A stretch of DNA of 64,000 bases from positions 1-64,000 of the forward strand of contig NMRA01000497.1 in NCBI GenBank assembly GCA_002633005.1, read 5' to 3'. A program made the position numbers and the translations under genes. The DNA comes from Phoronis australis (taxonomy: Eukaryota > Animalia > Phoronida). The notes beneath the pieces were generated by a model. The model had not been told where the DNA came from, did no database searches, and was given only the letters and a program-made list of their open reading frames with translations. Position 1 is the stretch's first letter. Each line of letters begins with the position of its first letter. Shown here in pieces: positions 1-9,848 of the stretch.

Positions 1-226
1 CTTCTCGAGCTGCATAACGGCTGTCAGAATTACACACGCCATATCGACACCGTATCACCATTTTTATCACGCAATTTCTTGAGCTATAGACTAAAATAAG
101 TTTCACACGACATCGCATTGTTTGTCGGGTAAAATGGCGGCTTGGAAATGCAGACGGAGGTGTTTTAAGAAGGCTGCGTTCTGATTGGTCAGTAAAGCCG
201 TCAGTCGTAATCCTGGCGTGCGTTCA

Positions 227-370
227 GTAGACGCTAGGACCTACGCTAGGACCTAGCCAAAAGCTAGTCAAGGTCACGTGCTCGTATTTAAAATACACGG
301 CAATATCTCGCGTAATCTCGCAAAGTCTTGCTTTTAAGCTAGGTCCTAGCGTTACTGAACGGGAGGCTGG
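227..370. repeat. Dispersed short repeat with internal inverted repeat, copy 1 (copy 2 at 20351-20523)
   Basis: gtagacgctaggacctacgctaggacctagccaaaagctagtcaagg...aacgggaggctgg is near-identical in both copies; acgctaggaccta/taggtcctagcgt are inverted. Confidence 0.85.
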
Positions 371-679
371 CCATTGGTCAATTACAGGGGTTAAGTAATA
401 AACTACAAGTAAATATTTCCTCACGTTTTACTGCTGTATATACATTTGTGGCTGCCAAGGTCCGCCTATGATAGCCTAAGCGAATTACGTATATCTAATT
501 ACAAAACACCGATCTCCCAGGATAAACTTTGGCTAATTTGGGGGACCCTTCCCTATTGACACGACCAAAACGTCACCCGCTGGTATATGCCCTTTTCATG
601 CCGGTCTCTAAACCGATTTGCTGCTCGATTTCGCAACCATCCACTACGGCTGGCATGCAGGGTGTTCAAACGGTATTTT

Positions 680-930
680 GTCAACGGCCAATGATACTTT
701 TGGATACTTATGTCAAGCACGCGCGCAAATTGAACGTTCAGCATTAGTTCAGTTATGTAGCCGGACGGGCGAGTTTTAAACTAGTCGACAATTTTACCGC
801 TCTGGCCGTTTTATTTTGAACTTCGGTCTCTGCCTGCCACGGATATTTGGAATACTCTTTATGCTTGATCGTCTCGACATGACAAGTTTCCACGAGTCAT
901 GTGATCCAACTTGACTGACAACATGTAAGT
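680..930 (+). promoter_or_regulatory. Putative promoter and non-coding first exon of the uncharacterised gene
   Basis: CAACGG (Myb-type site) 682-687 abuts CCAAT 688-692; GCGCGCAAATTGAA 721-734; CGGGC-N4-TTTAAA 766-780; TTTGAA 815-820; donor-like gtaagt at 925. Motif match only. Confidence 0.3.
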
Positions 931-1579
931 TTGTCCACAGGAATTCGGCAAGAATGCAGAATTCACAGGTCTGTACCCGTTTTTTTGTTGTTGTTGTTTT
1001 TAGTCCCAGTTCAGTTTGCCGTCCACATACTGGAATATTCGAGCCCCCCATATTTTAGACTGGGTGCGCGCATGTGAAGATAGACTTAAGGAATTGGCAT
1101 TTACTGTAGTGGTAAGGGTTTGTTGTGGATGAGGGGTGGTGTTTTGCAAGACTTACTTCCGAGTTAGTAGCTAATCGGTCGGCTTCAGATGTGACAAGTG
1201 CGGATGTTTTTTTTCATTTTCTCCTACGGTTACAGTCTTAACACCCTAATAACCGTTGAAATCACTAATGACTGGGTCGTAGGATTTTTTGTCTGTGATA
1301 TTCACTAGTTAAAACCTGATGAAAAAACAAACAAAATTACGACGTTGATAGTTCATCTCGATAACCATGGTTGTTATCTGAAGATGTAGTTCACGGGCGG
1401 CGGCCGGGGGGAGGGGTTGTCAAAACCATCAATTTTTCGTTTGTAGTTTTCAAGTAAAGCAAACAATGTGATGAACGCTTCTCTGTTTTGACGTCATAGT
1501 ATATTTACGTCACATATTGTTTCGTAAGAGCGCTATAGCTAAAGTTACTTGCATTGCGGTATACATTCATGGTGCCAAA

Positions 1580-1683
1580 ATGACAGAACTTGAGAAAAGT
1601 TCGAGTATGTACGGCAACTTGCCACTTGAAATCATCAAAGATGTGATGCAATATCGTGTTAACGACCTGAAGATCAGGAAAGA
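1580..1683 (+). CDS. Uncharacterised gene, putative first coding exon
   Basis: ATG at 1580, open frame, donor GA|gtaagt (phase 2). Confidence 0.55.
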
Positions 1684-4600
1684 GTAAGTAATTGATTCTA
1701 AATAGCAGATAACCAGCATTGCAATATGCTTTTCGCAAAGAAAATAGTCGAAATTGATAGACTAACTCGATTTTTTCGCAGATCCAGATGTTACCGGGAT
1801 ACCCTTTGTTTATTTGTTTACAATTGTGCACCAGTTCAGTGCACGTGTTTTTCTAATAACTTGAAAAACTGAGTGCACTGATCACAAGTATGTTTGTTTC
1901 GAACGTATTCCTTACCGAGTCTTCCCTATATAGTATGTTTTGTGATAAAACAATGTATCAACAAGACAAACAATTATTGCACTCACTGTACCAGTTCAAA
2001 ACTCACGCAACTTTGGAAATGTATTTTAAATCAATGTCTAACGGTATGTTCGCTCATTGTACTGCAAAGATTATTATCCCAAATGCAGATTTGTTAATCC
2101 CATTAAGTACTTTTCATTTAAAGGGTGCAGAACAACCTGGCAAAGTACTATGAAGCTGAAATGAAGTGCTGCAAGGAGATGGGAAAAGTTATAAGCCGGC
2201 TTGTTAGAGAAATGGATAGACGGCAGCAAAAGACTTTGAAACTCTGCAAGGCAGAAAGTGAGTGTATTCGCGGGTATTGCAGAGAATTGTGTTTCTGATC
2301 GTAACACTTGATGTAGACAAACTGAATTGCTCACTGTACTATAACTTTTTACTTATAGAAAAACATGGACTTAAGTGAGAACTAGTCACTCTCTTGACAG
2401 AGTTGCCACGTGGGTAGGGATTTGCCGTAACGAAAAGGCTATTCCGACAGCGAGTTAAAATCAGTTTAACAGGAGACAGCGTGGCTTCACCCCGAACAGA
2501 GCATTCTACTGTTACGTATATTGTCACCCGCGACTGTAATATATACACAATAGAACCTAGTCAGAAAATATATGCCGTCAGCATCAACACGTATTGACGT
2601 CGGGATAATCATATGTGTTACTGCGACAATATATGTCACAAAAAATATTACCTCAAAATCCAAAGAGGAATGGTCTACGAAACGCAGTCGGTCTATGGAG
2701 GTCTACAATTCTTTATTCAAAGGCAAACTAATGTTATGTTTTAACTTTTTTCAAAACGTAAGACGAATGTTAGCCATTTGAAAAAATATTAATTAACTTA
2801 ACTCAGTTTCCTGGGACGGGCCCCAATTTTTACGGTGTCAACCATATAAAGGAACGTGCGTCAGCGGTCTCTGAAATATCGACGAGGCGTGCACAGGATT
2901 CCGGCACCTGGGGTGTCGGGACGATATCGGTATCACTTCCTTCATTTCTTCGCCTCATCCCCATCTTATTATCGATCAATTTCGCCACCGCCCCTATTGC
3001 AGTGCCTCGTGGGTAGCCAAACTTGGTGGATTGATTAAGCCAAGAAGCATCATGAATCGCATAACTATTTTGAACAAACAGGAGTCTTAGTTCCCTTTTA
3101 TCACTCCTGTAGCTGCATTAGTTTTACATGTATGTCCCTTTAATGAAATTATTCGGTTTTAGTTGTTTCCACTTGCGACTAGACGTCTATGTGGAACTAA
3201 CTTACAAATAAAACAGTTGCTAACGAACCAGGGTCCCGTAGGAAGGTGCATGCGAAAATTACTGAAGGACAAGGTCATCTACCGCTTAACAACAAGGATT
3301 AGTACAGCTTAAAATGCCGTACTAAATATCGGCAATAACAGGCTGCAGAAGTATTACACAGGCAGTCCAGAGGGCTCGTGCCGCGATCCCCGAGCTTCAT
3401 ATAGTCCTGGTAGACCGACGTACTGAAAAGACCAGTCATGTCACTAGGCTTAAATTTTCAATGTTTTCAAAATGTCTGCTCACAATCTCTCGTAGGCCAA
3501 TATACTACAAAGGTCGAAGAGTTCTGGAATTTCATGGACTCGCGGAAAAATGAACTCCAAAGAAGACTTGATCTCATGAAATATGACGCTGAGAGGTCGA
3601 TGGCTGTATTCAAGTCGTAAGTTTGATTGTAGTGATGGCAGTGTTCAGCTGCTATCTGATTATGGTAGTCAAACAGACTTAAGACGCCTCAATTGTAGGC
3701 CTAGTAACATAAATTTCACTTGAAACGCTATTATTTATGAAGAATGTCTCTCAGCGAAGTTGCAATTCTCGCCAAATCACCATCAAACGAAAGTGACCTA
3801 CTTCTTTAAATTAGCTCAAAATAGGTATACCTTCTGGTTTAGCCCTTAATTTCTAAGAACTGAACAAATTAACATGATGCATGTAAATACTTAAAAGTTC
3901 AAAATTCTGTGTGATTTGGTTTATTTTACGGAAAAAGGTTGCTCTTTGATAAGAATAATGTTAATCAAAGAACAAGGAGCTACAACATGATCATTAACAT
4001 GGTCCACACTCACGGTTTCAAAAAGTCTAGCGTCAAGAGGACTGCTCATGGCCCCTTTCAAAGGCTAAAATAAGGACAAAGATTAATTGATTACCAGTTT
4101 GCCATGTTAAATAAATTTCTGTATTCATGTAATCCATTGAAATTCGTCCTAACTGCTGCCTTTTTGCTCATTACCGCGACTTTCTGCAGTCATATCGCCG
4201 AACTACATTTGGAGGCAAAGTTTCATTAGCTTTAAGTGTCTGGAACTTTTGTAACCCGCCAGTCTGCGCTACCTGCGCTTGTACCCTGTACTGTGAGAAT
4301 AATTTGAATAGATTTGAATTGTTCAACCGCACCTGCATCGCCATAAGCTGGTTAGAGAGTTGGCTACGACGTTTTGGGGTTAAACCAAGTGTTATTGTAG
4401 GACATTAACTAAAGTGGTGTATTATTTGTATGTTCTTTAGAAGTGTAGAGAGCATGGATACAGGGAAAAAAACTGCTCAGCAAGTTGTGAAAAGAAATAT
4501 CGTGAAGGAGAAATGTCAGAAGAAAGTCGATAAGTTGACCAACGTAAGTAATGACAAATATATGTGAAGGGTGACAAAAATAGAAACCTTAGTTGGTGAT

Positions 4601-7256
4601 TTTCTTATGATTGCATGCGCGCACCCAGGGAGCCCCCATTTGGCAAAGTAGGCAAAAAGGTCCGCCACTGAGAAACAAGAAGTCCGGGAAAACGAGACAA
4701 AAGTCCACTAAAAAGGCGAAAACGCACAATTCACAGCTCCGTACCTGGTACCCCGTGATTTTTTATAGTCCATCGGCTTTTTTGCTAGTGCAAGGTCCAC
4801 ATCGTCGGCAATGTCGAGCCAACGCATATGAAAGCTTGGGTGAGCGCATGGATTGCTACCGCTGCTTTTAACTGTCCTTTGTATTTCTGCGTTTTACTGA
4901 AGTCATCGAACCTCCTCTGTCGGCTGTTGTTAGTACATCTAATGCTATTTCTGTGCATTTGTGTTCAACAAGAGTATCAATGAAAGTAATTTACAGCGAA
5001 ACAGAATGAGTCATCGAAGACACCCGGTATCAAAGTTGTAGATTTTTCGCAGAGTTTAAGATGGCGCCAGTACGCAGTATTAACAAGATCTCTCACCTAC
5101 TGTGCCTTCTCACGTCTTTACTGCTTGGATATTGAAAACACCAAACGTGCCTGATTTTATTGTGCTCTGTCCAATACCGGGTAGTCTTCATTAAGTGTTA
5201 ACGAATTTGCTACGAATGCCTTACCGCGGACGTCTTTTCAACAGAACGACCCTGTGTTCGGTTTGTTCTAACCAACCTTTCCTGACAGTTCTATCCACCA
5301 CATGTGATCGGTACATTCTGCCCTGGCCAACATCTCACTGTGGCTTTTCGCCCGATGTGCACGCGTGGGACATGCATCCTTGCACAATTTTGCCTTGTTC
5401 TCTATTGAAGGAAGAGCCTCGGCTGGCGGAAAGTCACAGAAAAATGGACACGAGGTACAGAACAACGGCCCGAGTCCACCGTCAAACCTGGGTGGCGTCA
5501 AAGAACAACGTCACAAATAACCAGGTGACGAAAGCCATGTATGAAAGCGCCAACCAAAGTCTTATCACGGAATGTGCCGAGGTGAGCGCTACGGAAAAGC
5601 AACTGCGAAGGGCTTGCTCTAGGGATATCTTGGGTGAAATGTTAAAAACTGGGGTACATTGGATTGCATTATATACTTTTTCCTGTTAGTCAATATGACA
5701 TCGATTGGTATGTGTGCTTGCCGTTTCTAAGTAATACAGCGACACGTTTCAAGAGCAGCCTTTAAACTGCAAACATTCCATTCTGGATGAATGTCGTGCC
5801 TGAATGCCTTTACAAAAATCTGGATTACCCACATACATGAAACAGAATGTCTCCAGTATGTAGACACAAGCAAGTGTTGTTTTTCATAACACTTTTCCTA
5901 TATATATTTGCAGCTTCATAAAAAAGCTGACCAGCAGTTTGATAACACCATTCAGGAGGCGGACGCTGCCATCGACACGGTCATGGGCATAACATCAAAT
6001 GACTCCCTGCTGGGACGGTAACTAAGTCTTGTCAATACTAAATCGGATAGAAGGAGTAACAAATCTATATTATATACTTTCCTCATCAGTGTGCAAAATT
6101 GGTTGCTATTTTCCTCGCGTAGCCCACTTTAATCAGCCACCGAATCACATAGATTAAGGTTAGATAGGCTATTTGGTGTGAATACATGTCACCCGAAGAT
6201 CATCACAGCAGTGAGAGAAAATGTCATGTGCGTGTAACCCGCCAAGGAATTAAAAAAACTGTTTACATCCGGGATTCCTCTTTCTTGAAGTCACAACGAA
6301 ATTGACCTCTGAACTGTTACTTTTTCCGTAAAAATACTAACACCGGTTCGTTATAATCAACTGCAACCGTTTGGACTAGACCTCAAAACAAAACTTCTAA
6401 TTAGCTAAGATAGTAACTGTGAATTAAAATGAGGTTTCGTTCCCCGCGCGCGACCGACGATAAATATGTTTTCAAACTGGCTTCTTCAATCACAATTTCC
6501 CAGACGAAATCAGTATTTTCTGAAACAAAAGTGGTCTGCACCAGCACTGAAAATGAAAAAGAAAATGAAAACGTTTACTAATCGAACCACACATTTTGCG
6601 GGAGTATAAAATGAGAAAAACCAACATGTCGTTAGGAACAACTTTATCCCGAAGATTTTGGTCATTGCTGTAACCTCGAAACAAGTATTTTTCGTTTCAG
6701 TGGAGTACCATCAACACAAGTTAAGAGCACGCAGACTGACAGCGTCAGAATTGACCCAGTCTTACTATCAAAGCTGTGCTTTCCCGACAGCGCGGCTTCT
6801 AGTTCCACAGTGTTGTACGTCGCTTGTACTAGCCAGTCGAATGCCCAGTCCGAGAAGCCATCCGACGACAAGCTGCCAAGCAGCAATTCCGCAGAGTCAA
6901 AACTGTCAAAATCAGAGATGGAGTTCAGGAAAGGGCTTGACGCTGAACTGAGGGAATCCCTCACGGACACCACAACATGTCCGACTTGGATTGACGGTTC
7001 ACTCAGTGACACGCAATTCAATCCACGCGCATGGGGATTTAACACCGAACACTCATCTCCTGAGGAAGCCCAGTCATGTCCAAGCGAGAGATCTACCACC
7101 TCCTCCCCTGGACTCCGTGACCAGATAACATCAACGATTTACGTGAAACCTGCGAGCTTGACTAGCAGTGATTCGGAAGTCAGCATCCTTTCGCTTCCTA
7201 TTGCATCCGGATCTGGACCTACAAAAGTCCCAGCTAAATCTGTGGAACATCGCTAA
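1580..7256 (+). CDS. Uncharacterised multi-exon gene (about 373 aa): helical/coiled-coil N-terminal half, Ser/Thr-rich disordered C-terminal half. Exons 1580-1683, (optional 1934-2020), 2124-2257, 3496-3616, 4441-4543, 5914-6017, 6701-7256
   Basis: Six AG/GT-bounded open segments join with matching phases (2,1,2,0,2) into 1122 nt without stops. ATG lies in ccaaaATGa context. Translation: MTELEKSSSMYGNLPLEIIKDVMQYRVNDLKIRKE|VQNNLAKYYEAEMKCCKEMGKVISRLVREMDRRQQKTLKLCKAES|QYTTKVEEFWNFMDSRKNELQRRLDLMKY...|...KCQKKVDKLTN|LHKKADQQFDNTIQEADAAIDTVMG...|...VKSTQTD... The last exon extends track ORF 6810-7256. Family not recognised; 5' exons are the least certain. Confidence 0.7.
2124..2257 (+). CDS. 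Uncharacterised gene, internal exon
   Basis: ttttcatttaaag acceptor, open frame VQNNLAKYYEAEMK...KAE, donor A|gtgagt. Confidence 0.65.
3496..3616 (+). CDS. Uncharacterised gene, internal exon
   Basis: ctctcgtag acceptor, QYTTKVEEFWNFMDSRKNELQRRLDLMKYDAERSMAVFKS, donor TC|gtaagt. Confidence 0.75.
4441..4543 (+). CDS. Uncharacterised gene, internal exon
   Basis: tgttctttag acceptor, SVESMDTGKKTAQQVVKRNIVKEKCQKKVDKLTN, donor AAC|gtaagt. Confidence 0.75.
5914..6017 (+). CDS. Uncharacterised gene, internal exon
   Basis: tttgcag acceptor, LHKKADQQFDNTIQEADAAIDTVMGITSNDSLLG, donor CG|gtaact. Confidence 0.75.
6701..7256 (+). CDS. Uncharacterised gene, last identified exon (Ser-rich, KSTQT motif)
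   Basis: tttttcgtttcag acceptor, phase 2, in frame with track ORF 6810-7256, TAA at 7254-7256. Confidence 0.7.
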
Positions 7257-7309
7257 ATCTCATCAGTAGCGTCCACATCAAAAGGACTGTTAGCAAGCAA
7301 CATAGGTCT

Positions 7310-8146
7310 TACTTAGATAAATATGCAACTTTCTTCAGCCACTCTGGCTTTTTCAAGCCAGTGCAACCTCTGGTGGATTCCGGTCAGAGTTCAGAAAATC
7401 GGCGGGAAACTTTAGTCAGAATCATGTCTCAGGTGTTTGGTAAGTTGAAGCTCGCTTCCTTGACGGATTTTTAATTCTTTCGTGTTTATACTCTTTGACT
7501 CCCTGTTCAGACCAATTTTTCTCCTTGTCAATGATTAGTACATTGTCAAGGTCGAAGCTGTGGCTGGATGCCTGACAGTGGGTACACACGGCATAAGAGT
7601 CATAAGTGTTACCGGAGCTAGGCCGACGATGTTGGGACAACCGTATTTTCTAGGACTGCTTAGTTTTACCTACATAGGTTTCAGGGCACTCTTCACACTG
7701 TGTTTTACAGACCACACCAGCTATCTTTTCCTTAGGTTGTTTGTCCGTAGGGTTCACGAGTTCTTGTCTCAAAGTGCCAACACGTTTTTGAAAGACGTGG
7801 TGATATCAAATGTCCTGAACACAGGTAGTAGTTGTTCAGAAACTCTTTCTACATAAGGAAGAGGTATCCTGGCCAATGGTTGATCAGGTTGAATAGCGTC
7901 AATGTTGTTGATTTCCAATCTGAGTCTTCTACGGGTAGCCTTGCTAATGACCCAACGTGGGTACCTGTACCTTTCCAGGGAATCACGAATCTTGTGTTTT
8001 TCATATGTCCGTTTATGTTGTTTAATGAGAGAAAGATTTTGCTTTTCAGACTGTTTAATAATCTTAAAAGTATCGTCAACGTCTCTCAACCAAACCCTTG
8101 GTTTTGCTCCAGCATTGGTGTTGAGCGCTCTCTTTTCCTTGGCCAA
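7310..8146 (-). mobile_element. Penelope-like retroelement remnant (RT C-terminus/thumb + GIY-YIG endonuclease), degenerate
   Basis: Minus-strand peptides KPRVWLRDVDDTF (YVDD-type RT motif), YPRWVISKA, IPLPYVERVSEQL and QHRRPSS...HCQASSHSFDLDNVLIIDKEKNW are typical of PLE RT/GIY-YIG; frameshifts present. Confidence 0.85.
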
Positions 8147-8304
8147 AAATTTGTAACGTGCTACTGCGCATGCGCTAAATTTTGCCTGCAGCCCTCCATA
8201 AGAAATACACAGGAATGAACTATTATCAGTAAATTAGAAGTCATGGGAGGTAACTGCATAATTTGCTAAATGTCTGGCAGAGAGTGTATGTTAAGTCTTG
8301 TTAC

Positions 8305-8468
8305 CAGGGGCGGATACAGGATATTGAGTTGGGGGTGGTGGGCAGGGCAGAGTATTAGCCAGGATTTTGCCCATCAGTCATTTGCACCTCGACTTCCAAA
8401 TGGAATCTGGGAGGGAGAATTTTAGGGGAGGGGGACTTGACACCCTTGGCCCCTCACTTCCGCCACTG
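8305..8468. mobile_element. MITE with CAG(G/T)GGCGGA...TCCGCCACTG ends and 5-bp TSD (gttac)
   Basis: TIRs and gttac flanks read directly; related copies at 28081-28240, 42712-42876 and 18498-19108. Confidence 0.8.
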
Positions 8469-9220
8469 GTTACTGCTAAGTATCAGTGTCATTGGTGAAA
8501 AAAAATTCCCGTGTCTTGAAGTTTGAAGTTTGCTCCGTTCAGGCTATGTTAACGATCGCCTGTAAGTACCCAGCTCATTTTTAAGTCAAATTTGCGGGAA
8601 AATTCATTTAGCCATAGAATTTGCGGATAGCGTAAGGACGACCAGGAGTATTGAGAAGTTGCCAATTTCATATGATTTTTCGAAATTTTTCCCGTGTCTC
8701 TTGTGCTCCGAAAATTTATCCACGTACAATGGCGTTTGAAGTGTAATGATCGCGGGCTTGTCTTGCAATGGAATTTGCACTGTTGAGGAAAACTAGATCA
8801 CTATCGGTAAGAAACATTGTTTTGTCCATTTTCCCGTCCGGGATGNCCTGCATGCGCACATGTAAAGTGTGAAAAAAAGTTTTTCATACAAAATTCTACA
8901 ATTTTGCCTGCAAGTAAATGATTTTAAGGTTTTAAAAATTTGTTCAATTTTTGTTCCGCACAAATTATAGCCGTGATCACAGCAGTGATTATTTTCATGA
9001 TTGAATGTTTTGAAATTGTTATCCTGTCTAGGAGTATGTGAAAAATGAGCAAAATCATTACACTGTATCAGATTTTGTTGCCTGGGTCCTGCAGGGAACA
9101 GTGGAAATATGTGTTGTTTACCGTCTTATAAAAGGGTTCAAAAACTACGTTGTCCATCTTATTTAATTGTTACGTAGGATTCCATACACAAATAGATATG
9201 TATTGTTAAAAATCTTAAGA

Positions 9221-9610
9221 TTAATAATAAGCGCTTTGGCATGGCACCTGAGGGTCACTCATGGGTCGATGCGCCGACCGGCCATCGGTACATATTGTTT
9301 TGGTTCTGTACTTCGGTGTACCAGCAAGTGTCTCCCGTCCTTGAGGACAGCCGTTGGTCATTACAGAGGCGTTCAGGAATCCTTGCAGCAGGTGGGTATA
9401 CATACAAGAAAAAACGTCATAGGATGGGAAAAGCGCGTCTTCCTCGAGAAAACTATCACTCACCTTTTCCTCGAGATTCTGAATGTTAACATTGTGATGG
9501 AGTGATTGGCCGACTAGCGGAGACAAAATGTCAGCAACGAACTTGGCAACATGGTGTGTTACCGAGTTGCTGTTGCAGTGATTCATGAACGCCTCTGCAG
9601 TGACCACCAA
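9221..9610 (-). mobile_element. Penelope-like RT fragment (N-terminal RT motifs)
   Basis: NSVTHHVAKFVADILSPLVG...EEDALFPSYDV resembles the PLE RT region (AKxLxxILxPL, SxDV). Confidence 0.7.
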
Positions 9611-9614
9611 CTGT

Positions 9615-9830
9615 GGCCAAGGACGAGTTTATCTGCTACGGATGTAAGTGATCTTCTGAAGATTTTTCAAGGCACTATATTTTTCATTTGATCAACAAAT
9701 ATGCGTCCCCTATTGTCGTCAACTTGCACTTATGCTAAAGTGAAATCAAGAGTTTGGTTGAGATACGTTGATAGCACTTTTGGGATCACTGAACAGTCTG
9801 GAAAGCAAGCGGTGTGAACGCGTTCTTTGA
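9615..9830 (+). mobile_element. Penelope-like RT fragment, 5' part of a plus-strand copy that resumes at about 15400
   Basis: RTSLSATDVSDLLKI...SPIVVNL...KSRVWLRYVDSTFGI on the plus strand, homologous to the minus copy near 8050-8110. Confidence 0.7.
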
Positions 9831-9848
9831 TTGCTTACTGTCAGTTAA

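Noticed and set aside
5195-5689. 164-aa plus-strand ORF in an intron of the orphan gene
   Set aside because: No recognisable domain and not needed for phase continuity; may be a decayed transposon fragment but I cannot support a call.
6662-7099. 145-aa minus-strand ORF and 97-aa alternative-frame ORF
   Set aside because: Shadows of the Ser-rich plus-strand exon 6701-7256; no independent splice or motif support.
7300-7350. Hammerhead ribozyme at the Penelope 3' end (ctgaaga on the minus strand)
   Set aside because: No properly placed GAAA core or stems visible; too decayed to call without an Infernal search.
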